From Phoronis australis (lineage: Eukaryota > Animalia > Phoronida): a stretch of DNA of 64,000 nucleotides. Numbering within the stretch: the first letter of the stretch is position 1; the number at the start of each line of letters is the position of its first letter. Below the pieces are notes generated by a model that was not told the origin of the DNA, made no database searches, and worked only from the letters and a program-made list of their open reading frames with translations. Location: the NCBI GenBank assembly GCA_002633005.1, contig NMRA01000419.1, forward strand, positions 218,770 through 282,769, given 5' to 3'. Below, one piece after another: positions 25,846 through 40,800 of the stretch. The position numbers were made by a program, and so were the translations under genes.

Positions 25846-28800
25846 GTAAGTTTATGAAAAGTTAACCTTGAAAATTCTTCACACATAAGATAGATGAAAG
25901 CGTAATGCGAATATTTATAGTGTACTGCTTGTTCTTGAAACAATTATACAGAAAGCTATTTTCAACAAATTGGATCAGTGACAAAAATACTTGGATGTAT
26001 CAAATATTTCTCGACTAGCCATTACCCGGCTAGTGTATGGGAATGCCGAGGGGAAATAGCTACACCTTCAAGTGAACATTAGTGTTCGTTGCAAGAGACG
26101 GATATTTCTTGAGGAAACCATTTTATTATGCGCCCACATATTTATATGTGGACGCATTAAACCGTCATCTCCGTCCGTCCGGCGTCCGCTGCTCTATCTC
26201 CAAAACCCTTTGACATATGTTCATGAAATTTGGCACATATGTTCCATTCATGAATGGGACGGCATGTGCGAACTTTCAGACGGATCCGACTACCGGTGTG
26301 CCCCCTAGTGGCAATTTTAGTGTTTTACGCTTACCTTTGTATCTTCAAAAGTCCTGAACGGATTTTCATGAAATTTGGTATGTAGGCACCTATTAGTGAG
26401 ATGACGCTATCCTCCTGTTTTCAGATGGATTCGACATAGTTTGCGCCACCTAGTGGCCATTTTTAGTGTTTTCGAGTCTGTTTTTGTGCGTCCACCCCTC
26501 TATCAACCAAACCGCTCAAAGGATGATTGTGAAAATTGGCATGTATGTGCTTACTATAAAGAGGACAGTTGACAATGATTTTCAGACGATTTGGACTACT
26601 GTGGCGCCTCCTAGTGGCAGTTTTTTTTGCGCCTATGGCTGTATCTCCTAAACCGTTCGCAGGATCTTTACGAAATTTAATAAGTGTATTTATATGATGT
26701 TAACAACAGACGATGACGACTTTTGGACGGATCCGCCTACCAGTGTGCCCCCGAGTGGCAATTTTATTTTTTTACGTTTACCTCTGTATCTTCACAAGTC
26801 CTTAATGGATTTTCATGAAATTTTGTGTGTAGGCACCTATTAGTGCGATGACGCTATCCTCCCATTTTCGGATGGATTCGACCTAGTTTGCAACACCCAG
26901 TTGCCATTTTTACTGTTCTTGAGTCTGTTTTTTGGCGTCCACCCCTCTATCAACCAAACATTTGCCCCTAGCCTATTGAGGAGACAATGACCATGCCTTT
27001 CCATTTTGCAAAGTACAACATACTACATATATGCCCTCTACTGGCCACTTTATGGTACCAATAAACAACCCTAGAAGGATACCGTATACGGTGCAATTGT
27101 GGGCGCATTTCAATGCTCTGCGTTGCTCTTGTTTTAAAGCTTCAATCAGAATTTCTGCCTAGATTTAGGCAGGGTGTGTGGCTGCGGGATTGTTTCCCCA
27201 GGCTGTAAAAATATTTTTCTGTCCAGAACTTTTGACCCTGCGGTAACATAATTTACGGTAAACAGCTATTCTTTGAAGTGAAAACTAAGGAAGCATTAAA
27301 AAAGACTGCCATTGTACACAAACTATACAATGTATTTACAAGTCACATTATTATGTACATGCTGATAGAAAGCCAGCTAACTGTGTGAAGACTATCGTCC
27401 ACTTACAGCTAGCTGTGTTTTGAGCCATACTGGCTCTGTTAGACACCGAAACTTCACACAACCCGAGTAGCTCAGCTCGTCACCTCATCGTGAAACTTAC
27501 ATCACCATTTAGAGCTAACGACGGGGGATTATGCAGAGTCTGTGGGAATCGACCGACACTCACTTTGCAATTGAAAAAAACAATCTAATAAACATTAACA
27601 AAACGAAACCAGTTCTGATTCTAATGACTTGTATACAACCTCGTGGAAGAGAAGTACAGCTGATTGAAGAATCGGGGGAAATTGGCCAATAGGAGGCGCA
27701 ATGGTGCTGAAAACCAACCCAAAAAAGCCCACCACAATATTAGCAGCAAAATAACGGTAGAATGATAATTTTATATATGGGATGGAAGTCAGAGGGAGTG
27801 AAATTAAGCCGACGGACTGATGTCACCGAGACCAGTACGAAACTGGCCTCCCTCCCTGCACATCCTCGAAAAAACAGCCCGCGAGAAAAAAATAGAACAC
27901 ATCAAATCTAAATAGAGGGCCATTGCACTACCTGGGACCAAGGCGGTGCCCAAATGGGCACAATGAAGGTCTGTCTGTAGTGGAGTGGGGGAGACAGAGT
28001 TTGTGTGAATGATGCTTTTTATGCAATAGATGGCAGAGCTTGACATCAGCGAGTACACACTTGTAAATACGAGTAGAGTGATTGACCTCACTTGTATTAT
28101 TCGTCGTATATTTTTAGTCGTCACTTATGTGACAAATTTGGAAATACCAGTGCAGAATATGTCGTCACTCGTATTTTAAAGCGGTCATTTTCGCCTTTGT
28201 GGCTGCATGGTGAAAACAATAACTTTAATTCAAACCATTTGTGGGCTTGATCTAGTATACTGTGTTGAATTTTAGGAGAGTACTTTGAAGAAAGACTGGC
28301 ATAACTATGAGCAGATAGCTGAGGACTCCAGGAGGCAAGGTGGGTATTTATTGACCCAAGCAAATGCTAATAACTATGCTCTGAAATGTGAATACCAGAA
28401 ATTGTTTTACTTGGAAGTTTTTTGTATTGTAAGAATCCCAAAGTCTCATTTGCAAGACACATACTCAATTGTCTTTGTATGCTGCATAGAACGTACCATT
28501 CATTCAAGTATATTTTTACAGGGGACATAATGTTCACTGCAGAAACATGGAGACAGTTCCTTTAATTGTTCTCCATTTTGACACATCTGTATTGAAGTTC
28601 CCTGATATCTACACTCAAGTTGCACAACTGATTGTTTTTGTTGTCAAAACTCAAACATTTATAAAACATTTTGTTCTCCGCAGTTATGGTCAACTGTCAC
28701 ACGTTTATATTTTGTTATGCACTAGAAAGCAAACTTGGAATTCTTGGACTAAGGAAAACGTTAGTTCCCGGTAAACACAGTATCCTGCTTCTTATATTTT

Positions 28801-31800
28801 AAAACATTTTTGGGAAATTTTCTGGACTTCCTGAATGTCACACATCAGGAAGAAAACGTGCCTCAAATGAGATGCAGCTGTAGTGCTCTCCATGAGATTT
28901 GGGGCTTTCCAACTTGTGTTAAAGTCTCGCCATTTTTTGACAAAAATTATAATCAAAGTGTAGTCATTTTCAAAGGCTTGTAATATTGTTATGAATATCA
29001 AATTTCTCAAATCATTGTCTGGTGGTAGCTATGTTATAGAATTTCAACATGATCAAGCTTTTTGGTGTTACATCCTTGAAAAAGCATCAATAACTTTCTC
29101 TTGTATGTATTATTGAGTTTAAAATTGATCAAATTTTTGCAGTTTATGGTTTTCAATTAAGCAAAAAATTCCTTATTTTTATTGAAGCTGGAAAAAGTTA
29201 TTTAATTAAAAACCTGGTGATATTTAAATCTGTTTGGTCATTAAACAAAAATATATATTTCAGAAATGAATACTAAAAAGTACTAAATAATAATTGGGAA
29301 AATTTCACATGCACACTTACTAGCAAAGTAGGAGATCATCCTGAACAAAAAACATGTTGAGCTGTGTGATTTAAAGAGTTCCGTATGCTAAGTATTTATT
29401 TTGGTTCGCCTGATATGTCCATTTGCCTTTGTGCCTGCTTCTTCTTCCAGTTAGATAAGACGCTTGACAAACCCGGGAAAGTGAAGTTGTTCTGTATTGA
29501 TTGGGTATATCTCACGCACACACATGCACATCTCATAGGTACAGATAATCAACACCTTGATGTTGTTCATACACTTCAACAGGTGTCTGTGTTGGAGAAG
29601 CTGGCACACCTTAAGAGAATGTTTATTTAATTGACTCTTTACAAGCTTCAGATCATTTCATCCCAGGTTTAGTTTAACCATTGTTCAAAGTTAAGTTGTT
29701 GTAAGAGCTATATATAATTATATTATCCTGTTAATACAGACATCTACACTCTTACCATAACAGCCTTAGAGAAATTGAATGGAAGTATTGCCATCAGTTG
29801 ACAATGATCATGTATTGCCATCAGCTGACAATGATCATGTATTGCCATCAGCTGACAATGATCATGTATTGCCATCAGCTGACAATGATCATGTTAGAGT
29901 TTGATTTGACAGTATTATGGAGATGTGGAAATGTTTTATTGAATCAAAAGTTTTAGTAAAGAGCAAGAACGTTGTACTATAGTTGCAGACCGTAAAAACA
30001 ATGCTTGATCAATTTTTGATTAGTTGTTACAAGTTCACCAGCCTTTGAAAATAAAAGAATGTCACTTTTGGTAATACGTTTTTGTTGGAAAGAACTGACA
30101 AATTGTAATTAATTTCTCACTAAAAGACACTTCTGTCAGTGAATGAGAGAGTTTTATTGTATTATGATCACTGTCAGAAACAGCTGTGAAGGTGTGGCAA
30201 TCTGATCAATATAACACCACTGCAAGCTTAGCCATGCGGCCAGACAGCAATAAGGCATACAAAACAAAGAGTAGGTATTTAAGCTGTCTAAATCTGGCAC
30301 ACATTCAAAGTGTTGTAAATTGGCTATGTCTTCATATTTTGATAGTTTGTTTCTTGGTGTGTAGAAAGCATAATCAAAGAGAATTGTTTTCAATTTTTAG
30401 TTGCTAAGTTACAACTGTTCATTGCCTAGTGGAAGTTGGTAGTGCCATTTCCATATTAGCACTTTGACTACTGAGCGTTAATTTTAAGACGCTTATCTCA
30501 GGAACAAGTTAACGGCTCAAGTAAATGTTTGCTAAGTTAGGAGTAATTTTGTTTAAAAAGGTCACAGTTATCTCAAGGTTTAACATTTTCAAAATTAATC
30601 CTATTTGTGTTTGGCTGAATACATGCTCTTAGGTTATCTTCAATGAGTAGATAGTTTATGTGCCTGTAGTGGATACATGTACTTCACAGATAAACTACTC
30701 AAAAACTGTACCATCTGTTTTTCGCTCCAAATTTCCCAAAAATTGAGAAAATGGTCATGTTTCATGAAAGTACGAGTTCGATAGGGAATTCCTGATAATT
30801 TGTTATACTTTGTAAGATGTTTTGTTCTGCGGTGAGAGTGATAAATGCTAGTCAGAAAATGAAAGTTACAATAACATGACTGCATTTCATTTGATATGTT
30901 CAAGATGAAATCTCAAAAATGCTGTTTTGTGCAAAAGCCATCAAAGTCCTTTTATTTGTTAACCCCTCATGTGAAGTTGGGATATTTTAAAAACAAAATC
31001 CTCAAGACAGTATTTCGGAGAACACTAATAAAAGATCTGAAAGTTTCATACAAATCTTAGCCATTTCTGAGATATGATGTTTTGAAGTTAACCAGATTTG
31101 GATATTTGTCTGGATTAGGAGAAACAGATATGGCCTCTTTACTATGCAACCCTGTTTCATCAATTATTTAATGTTGCAAACCTTCCTATTGTATATTTCT
31201 AGATATTAATGCCTTCAAATACAATATGCATTAGAGTAATCCAATGGCAGTATGCAGCTGCAATGGGTTTATCACATTGTAACTGTGTGACACCTGGCGC
31301 TGGTACTGATGTATTAGAACTAGGCAATTAATCTTCTGCTTACAAAAAGACATTATTACCATACTTCCCTCTAGTTACAATGTTATTAAAGCGTAGCTCC
31401 ATCTTTTGGAATGTTTCGAAATGATGAGGTATAGTGAGGGTAATTCTTAGTAGTTTGCATGGTTTGTGTCACATTTTTGTGACTTGCTCCCAACTCAGCA
31501 CAATTATGCTGTACCACATTTGGAAAAAAAATTAATAGTGTAAGATACTGTAAGAAGTGGGACAATTTTTAATTGAGAAATGGATAGTTTTGTGAGATTA
31601 CTTAATGATTGTAAACTGCAATGGATGACTAATGTTTTTTATTAAAATATTTTGGAACTGACTTTGTCCCAAGTCTGATTTTGAGGCACACTTACTGCTC
31701 TTTATAAGACAAGCTTACCTTGCATGACAGTTTGTTGTGTTAAGACTGGTATTAAAATAACATTTATGTAGAAGTAATTATGAGTTATAGTGCAATAGTA

Positions 31801-34800
31801 TAATTTTATATCCTTCCTTTTCCGTCTGTACGATAACAGCCAGGTGTGAACAATATTGTTATTGTCAACCATATTCATGCAGAGAAGATGAGTATGTCAC
31901 TTACTTGTCCAGTTTCACTCATTAAAATATTGCTTTCAGTATCCGAGGTGTACACTCCTGGAATCAAAGAGTGACTCTTTAAGGTTGACTCGCACAATAT
32001 GGTTTTTAATGGGAGGTCGGACAAGTTGTTATCAGCAATAAGTTGTCGTGTGAATTGAACCAATGCAAGTGATATTTTTTGTCTGTGATGGAGGCGCCTC
32101 ATAGCAACAGGTGCAAATAGTGACTGCCAGTAAGTAGCGTGGGGTTGAGTGCATTCTTATCATGAACACTCATCACTTGGTACCTTACTTGACCAGTCAG
32201 TTTTCTGTGATATCTGAAATCCTGTTGGTTGATTTTGACCTTAGTTATGACAAGTAATGTGCGTCAGGCGCAGACAGTATGATAAGGTGATAAGATTCTC
32301 TCGATCAAACATGTTTGATATTCCCGGCAGCGTGCAATTTTGTGGCTGAGCAGTGGTGAACTGCAACAATGTTGGCAGTTTACAATTCTGACCAAGCGTG
32401 GCCAAATTTAACTTTTTCCTGTATTCACTAAACTCTCTGTTTCTCTAATTCCAAAGTGATAATTGTTTTAATTGGTTAAGTTGCATTTCTAATATCTCTC
32501 ATTTAGGGTCAACTCCAGATAGTATATATCTTATCCAGTGTTAAGTGTTAACAGGCAGTCTTTTGTTCTGCGTCACTGATTTGCTGGACAGAATCTAGTA
32601 CCACACTTCTGGAGAAACTGATTCTGTTTCAGATGCCAAACAGCTGGAAACATCAATAGTTTTTAATTAGTCCATGCTATTAATTTCAGTTTGTGAGTTT
32701 GTTTGTTATTGCTGTGAAGTCATTACTAAATGTAGTACCGTATTCGCCCTTATAAGCGCCCATGCCCCCATAAGCGCCCCCCCATGCGTTTTCAGACTTT
32801 GCTAAAATAAGCGCCCAGTACATGAACGCCGTGTAAATGCGAAAAATGCCTTGCCTTCAGTTTTAAAATTCTACAGTAACGTCTTCAATTTATCAATAAG
32901 ATCCGACAGTCCTGAAAAAATCATTGTGTACTGAATTTGTAGACCATGAGCCTCGCCGCTATGTCAGTATTTAGCCGTGACTATGCACTTCAGACTTCCG
33001 CCGTACTTCAAAGAGAACGCAACAGTTTTGCCGATCTTGCGAGGGACGTGTCCTATTATGGTCTGGCCTATCAGAACAGACGCAGCGTACTTGTCAAAGG
33101 GATTGTATTGTATCTTTCCCATACAGATCTTTTCCCTGAACAGGAATACAAATTTCTTTGTATATGTGAAAACCGTGAATAGAAGACTAATAAAATATTG
33201 AACTTTGTTAAAAGCACGTGGCTAGGAAGTGCGTGCTACATGCAAGTACCTGTCATCGAAGGTTAGTCTTTGGGAACTATCTATTGATGAAACATGTAGC
33301 ATAGCATCAGCAAGAAATAAATACTGGCACTTCTTTCCGAATGTTTCCAATACCGTAAAAAACGTTTGCGCTTTTTTAGGAGGAATTAAATTAATCTTAA
33401 TTGGTGTTTTTAAAGTCAAAATGACCCATTGACAGTGAACACTTACGCGCCCTTACACCCCCGAATCTCCCGAAAAATGACTGTTAGACTGTCACTCATC
33501 CAGTCACCCAGCGACTCGATATTGGCCTTACCAAGACAATTCTCGAGCGTTTTTTAGCAGATGAGATCAACAAGTGCTAAATAAAACACATTCTGCTGTA
33601 CTGCTTGTCTTAATTTCTTTAATTGCACACATAGATCGTTACATGGCGTTTACTCTGGCAAATGAACTCTGATGACACGCATGGTCTCGGTCACTCACAC
33701 ACGCAGACGAACTTCAAAACAAACATCACATAACAACAACATGTGTGTTCATCCAGAGATTTTTCTCATGTTGCGAAGTACGATCTAGCACAGATTTGGA
33801 CTTTATATGCAGTTAATCCCGACTCCACAGGAACTTAAAAATGTTAGGTACGCTATTTTGAGAACTTAAGGAGGACTTCAGGTAATTTGTTGAGTCAAAA
33901 CTATATTTTTACTCATGAATTCAAGTTGACCTATTGGCGTCACGAGGCAGTGATGCATCAGCCGGCGAGTTTTCACACTGCTGGGGGATTTTCTGAAAGA
34001 TGCTCATAATTTAACAACAAAGTTTGATAGCAATGCACTGCAATTTTGTAGAAACTCTTGTCATAGGTTACAGATGCGTCACAGAGCGTAAATTTGATGA
34101 ATTCTGGCTTACAATTTCACCTATTTCGGAGACCGGGTTTCAACTACTTTGGGCTATAATAAGCGCCCCCCCCCTTCCTGAAGCGAATTTTTCTAAGCAC
34201 CCTGGGTGCTTATTAGGGCAAACGCGGTAATAGGGTATTTTTCATATTGTCACTCTCTAGAGTAATGAGAGCACAAAAGTGACTTTTGCTTCATTTTGAT
34301 TCAGATTTGTGGACAGAAATTCAATTATTACATAGTGGTTCTTAATATAAAATCAGGAATCAATTCCACTGTCAGCCCCTCCCATTGTTTGATTAATTTA
34401 AGGTCACCAATTTATTTTTGACACTGGCTGGAATCGAAATTCACCAGCTTTATGAGCCACGACCACTGGCTCTGTTGTGGATTCTTCTTAGCAGTAGGCA
34501 CTGTATGCAATGTATGCAATATTGTGTCCTTATTCATCCTTTAATGTTTCAAAAGGTAACTTGCCTTTTTCCATCAGGCATTAATACATACTACTATAAA
34601 GCGGTGGAAATTTGATGGCATTATGATAGTAGGTTGAAAACTTCTGTCCGCATTACATGGGACCTGTAGGTGGCGCTGAATGCCTGTCCACCAAAGACCT
34701 GATCACCGTCTGGTAGTAGTGAATTTAAATATGACACATCTATTTCAAAATCTGGCTATTGTACTGGTCCAGTCATATATTATGAAAATTGTTCACTTGT

Positions 34801-37800
34801 TAGTAAGTAACACATTGTCTATTTGACTGATCCTGTGATCCACAAGTCATTATGGGTCAAGATTATCATCATTTATCACACCTATTCTGTGATTTATAGG
34901 TCCAGGAGAACAAGGTCAAGGTTATATACTAACTGCTGAAGAAGAAGCCAAGAAACAGGCCCTTTATTCTGTTAATGGCTTCAATGCTTTAGCCAGTGAC
35001 AAAATTTCATTGGACAGATCTCTGAAAGATATTCGGCACCCACAGTAAGTGTGTATAATATAATGTACTTTAGTAGTTCAGATGCTCCTGTAGTCACAAC
35101 ACCATCATCATTGCTATCAGGGTCCATTTATCATCATTGTCATTGTTATTGTTAAAAGAATTAATCTCTAATTTGGACCGTTGTGTAATATATACATTAG
35201 TAAACTCTTGGTTGTGCTTCCCTAAATCAAATTAGAATGAGGAACTCTAAACTGTGATTTAAGCGAAGTGTGTTGCCGTCCAATAAAAATGCCTGCATTC
35301 AAGTAAATGTCATGGCACCTTTGTCACATGAACTTCCATTCAAGTAAATGTCACGACTCCTTTATCACATGAACTGCCAAATGCTGCTGCTTTCTGGTCT
35401 CAAACTATTCAGTCGTCAGAAAGAGCGACTCTTTTGTTAGCCCCACCTATTGAGTTGCCCATTATACAAGTGTTGAGACTGTCCTTTATGCGTTTGCTTT
35501 TCAACAATTTTTTGAAAGATGTTGTTTCTTGTTGGTAGATGCAAATACAAGAAATACCTTTCCAAACTTCCTACAGTCAGCGTTGTTGTACCATTTCACA
35601 ATGAGCACTGGTCGACCCTTCTCCGCACTGCTCGCAGCGTCCTTAATAGGTCGCCTCCAGAATTGCTCCATGAAATCATACTGGCTGATGATGCCAGCAC
35701 AAAAGGTAATAAATCATCAAGGTTCAAGTTATGACTCAAGTGAGTGTACCTTAGGGACGTAGATTGGATTTTTTCTTGTGCACTCAAGTATACTTCCGGT
35801 GTAGCAAGAGCAGCTACCGGATTATGACTTTCAGGGCCTTCAACCAGTTGATGGTGTTCTCCTAACTTCTAAAGTTTTGTTAGAAACAATGCACACTCTG
35901 CTTAATTCCAATTTCCTGATTACTTGGCGGAATTATTTGAATTCCGCCAAGTATGTTGGTCTGACAGCAAGTTTTTTTTTTTGTTCGCACTCTACAGGTC
36001 GCAATTTTCGTCCGATTTTCACGAAATTTGCACACGGCGTGTAGATTGGAAAGTCCTGGAAGCCTATTGTTTTTGGTCATGATCGGATACAAAATGGCGG
36101 ACGTGGCGGCCATTTTGTATCTGATTTCACAGTCAAATGCTCGTAGAGGCCGCATTTTTGGACGTACATGGCTGAAAATCGGTTTGATTATACTAGAACG
36201 CATGTGCTACACGTGTGCTGAAAATCGTTGACTTCTGGTCAAAGATGGCGGAAATATTGGACGTGGCGCATGCGTACCCTGAAATATGGCCAAAAACGTT
36301 TTCTCCTGTAGAAGGCGCATTTGCAAACCAATGACTTTCAAACTGGTGACGTGTTTGTTGAGTGTAATAAGCTTTTATAAAAAATTATTGAACCGGAAGT
36401 CACTTTCAAGATGGCGGCTGTGGCCCATGTTCACAAGGTTTCAATCGCTCTGGTGTCGCATTTTTAAAGGGAAGAGCAAATGACGTGAATTTTTGCATGT
36501 GGATTCCTTGAAGTATGGCCTTTCAAAAAGTCTACGAGAGCGTATTTCTCAGAATTACCGTTTTCGAGTTATTGGACTTTGAATTTCAAAAAAAAAAACG
36601 GAAAATTTTCAATTTTCTCGAAAAAGTTTTGGATTTTTGGCAAACTACCACTTTAGATAGAATTTTGAACCTGCTTTCAGAAGATATTTTCCATTTTGCG
36701 CTACGACGTCTACTTTTTGAATTATTTGAGATTTTCGGATACCGTTGTTCCTTCGGTCACCTTTGCAAGGACCCAGCTGGCTGGCTTTCAGTTCACTTTG
36801 TTTTGGTTATGCCTAGTTGACCCAGACTGACCCAGCCAGCACTGTCCTGCTGTAGACTGGACCGTCATGTTGCGCCATCTATTGTTCTTTATTGTAGTTG
36901 ATTGCATGCTCTCTATTTGATTTCTTCGCTAGTCACATGAATGTTATCGTGTTTGCCAAACTACCATTTTAGATAGAGTTCTGAACGGGCTTCCAGAAGA
37001 TATTTTCCATTTTGCGCTACGACGTCTACTTTTTGAATTATTCGAGATTTTCGGATACCGTTGTTGATTTCTTCGCTAGTCACATGAATGTTATCGTGTT
37101 ATTCATAATTGCCGTCTTGATCGTCATGATTGTCGTTGTCTCCCTCATCGTCGTCTTTTCGATTAATTCCACCAAGTGTCGCTCCTCCGAGCGCTCTCGT
37201 TGTTTTATTAATCTATTTTGAAATCCTGTGCATTGACTTGTCTGGGATAGCACATGCTTATGAGGGTTAGGTTGGCTGTATGTTGTAATACATACCTAGT
37301 GATTGCACCATTTTTGGATGACCTGACCTCTGACCATGGTTCTCTGGAGGTCTAACTGGAATGCATTTTTTCCCAATTTTGATTGTGACAGTAACGAAGT
37401 TCACAATACACACATGGCCGACCACCCGTGCTTTCATTTATATAACTAGAAAAAAACGAGCTTTTATCTACCGACTGAATTTCATTGTTCGCTACTTTTT
37501 ACTTGAAAGTGACATGTTTACTATTGTGGTGGTGACATCGGGTACATAATTTGATGACTAAAATCTGTTGAACTCTCTCCATAGACCATTGCAAGCAGCA
37601 GCTGGATGACCATCTAAGTTCACACTACAACGGCAAGGTCAAGGTTGTCCGTGCCAAGAAGAGAGAAGGTCTCATCCGCACACGTCTCTTGGGAGCTGAA
37701 GCTGCCACTGGGGATGTGCTTATATTTCTTGACTCACACGTTGAGGCTAATATCAACTGGCTACCCCCTCTCTTAGGTAAGCTCTTAATAAGTGGAAGGT

Positions 37801-40800
37801 AGTGAAAGAACTTAGCCATTGTTTGGGTGTTTAGTTAACAATTCTGAAGAAAATTGCCTGTTTTGATTACTGGAGAAATGATTTACCTTGAAATCCTTTT
37901 GGACTAAAAAGGAAATTAATGTTTTAAACACATGCAATAAGCACACAGTTTTTCTTGTTTATTGGAATAAGGATGTGCATTGATAGTAATTTGTGTCGAG
38001 CTCATACAATAAATTGGTTACAGTTGTTTTTCCATTAACATAAGTGTAGATTTGAAGTGAAAGTTAACGGCTGCAAAATTTCATTTGTCAACTGTGACTT
38101 GTATGTGGACTCTACTTTGCCTATGACGTAGTATTAGCTGTAATTATCGTTCACATATCATGCGAAACTTCTGAAATTTATTACAGTTTCCTAATTTTCA
38201 CTGAGCTGATGTATTCAAGTGCCTGTTTCAGTTTTACTAACTGAAACACTGTGCATGGCCTGTGATACAACACAAAGTGGATTGTCTTGCCACGGTGCTA
38301 TCTAGTACGATTATCATTATTATTATTATTTGTGTTAGAAATCTGAAGTCTTTAAGCATTGTACTGTATTAATAGTTAAATGTGACTTTCATTATCTTGT
38401 TACAGAACCCATAGCTGAGGATCGTAGGACTGCAGTTTGTCCATTTATAGACGTCTTGGACTTTGAAACATTTGCCTATCGAGCTCAAGATGAGGGTGCT
38501 CGGGGCGCTTTTGACTGGGAATTCTTTTACAAGCGGCTGCCTCTAACAAAGGAAAATCTGGCTCATCCAGCTGAGCCTTTTGAGTAGGTGAACAATATTC
38601 TTGTCATGTGTTGAATATAAGTCTTCCATTAAATTGCATCTTGGAAAAAGTGTTTAAATAGGGTGCACTAATGTCTTGTGTGATGTGCTGTAGGTCTGTT
38701 GTATTGCTATTGTATTTTTAGTGTTTAACATGTCCAAATATTACATGCAAATCAACCGGCTATTGCTTTTTACTGGTCCTTGAATTTTTATATTACAATC
38801 TCATCAAAATTTTGTTGTCACTGAATGACTAAATATTACCCTTTCTTAAAATGATACCGAAGGGACACTGAACTGTAATAAACTAATTTAAAGAAAATCT
38901 TTTTAATAACTAAATTGTGCTTCCAAGGAAAAAGTGCTGGGTCCTTGAAGATTGTGTCACCTCTTCAAACACGACTGGCTTGATACAGGAAAGGAACTTT
39001 GCATCATTCAGTAGCTGTTTCATATTGAATTGTGTGTCAGTAATAGTACATTTTGTTCAATGCATTCTTCATTTAATAGTTGTATGCTTTTTATAAAATA
39101 ACCCTAAATGGTATTCAAGCTGTTCTTCCCTCTCTCCTATAGATGGCACCAGGGGCTACTCAAAGTCACCATAAAGAATCCGCAGCCTTTCACCAATGAA
39201 TGTATATTTTACATTTCTTAACCATGTCTTTACACTGGGTCATTGCAGTAGTCCAGTGATGGCAGGAGGCCTGTTTGCCATTGACAGGAAGTGGTTCTGG
39301 GAGTTGGGTGGTTATGACGAAGGACTAGATATCTGGGGTGGCGAGCAGTACGAGCTGTCATTCAAGGTATTGACAAAAGGTGGCAGCACTGGCCATAGCT
39401 ACGCTTCACGTCAAGAGCTGCAGATAGTAATGATACAATATGTTATTAACATTAAACTGTAAGATTATTTCTACTTTATTGAGTCTGCATGTTCTTTGAA
39501 GATTAAATTTTAATGGTTTTTGCTGCGTTTTGGCGAAGACTTGCTCATAGACCCTATTCACGCCGACAGGAGGCGCGTTCCAAAACGAGGCTCGCTACGA
39601 TAGCTCTGTTAGCTTATCGGCATGGGAGTCTGTGTTTCAGTCCGTGTTGTTCCCCAAACGGCTAGAAAAAAATACGTACACGCTTCACAATCTCTAAAGA
39701 CGTTTAGATTCGGAAGCGTTGGGTCGTTGCCATACGCCGACGAAGCAAAATATGTCCGTGTAAAATAAATGNGTCCAGTGATGGCAGGAGGCCTGTTTGC
39801 CATTGACAGGAAGTGGTTCTGGGAGTTGGGTGGTTATGACGAAGGACTTGATATCTGGGGTGGCGAGCAGTACGAGCTGTCATTCAAGGTATTGACAAAA
39901 GGTGGCAGCACTGGCCATAGCTACGCTTCACGTCAAGAGCTGTATCTGTCAGATAGTAATGATACAATATGTTATTAACATTAAACTGTAAGATTATTTC
40001 TACTTTATTGAGTCTGCATGTTCTTTGAAGATTAAATTTTAATGGTTTTTGTTGCGGTTTGGCGAAGACTTGCTCATGGCAGCAAAAGGTTTGCATAAAT
40101 TGTTGGGAAAATACAGTAAGGTTAATTCCGTGCAAAACATCGTTAAATACAGACTCACATTTTTAATTGGTGAATCGGTAACTAAAAAACATAGGCAACG
40201 TGCAAATGTTAAATTGTGTAGTATCACACGATATTGTATGGGTGAGCTTGAGGTTGAGTAAACACTGAAGAGAGATTGCTAGCAAATTTTTGGTTCTGCT
40301 TTTCATCAGTTTAAAGAAATAATCAGTGGGCTGTATGTGCTCACACAGTTAATAAACACCTTGTCTTTTGTTGCAGATTTGGCAGTGTCATGGCCGTATG
40401 GTGGACGCCCCTTGCTCAAGGGTGGGCCATGTGTACAGGAAGTTTGCACCATTCCCGAACCCAGGCATAGGAGATTTTGTAGGCAAGGTAGGCATAGGAG
40501 ATTTTGTAGGCAAGGTCTTGGTACAAAGCTGTATACTAAATATACAACTGTACACCCATGTGGGTAAAAAAGTGGTAAGATAAAATCTGACACAAAATTA
40601 CTGTCATTAAAAACTACAGTCTTCCTTGAGTAATCTAAATTATTTAAGGGTGTTGGAAAAAATGGCGTTCTACCGTTATTCTGCTGCTAAAGTTGTGGAA
40701 TGATCTTTAGTGATGGCTTTTGGCGTTACGAAATATTGCGTCACCTATTGGCCATTTTTTTTCGCGGATTCTTCAATCAACTGTTCTTCTTTCACGAGGT

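Noticed and set aside
39769-39978. Tandem duplicated or mutually exclusive GALNT exon 7
   Set aside because: It begins at an N, lacks an acceptor, and has the same ~520-530-bp overlap pattern as two other N joins, so it is best explained as the second haplotype.
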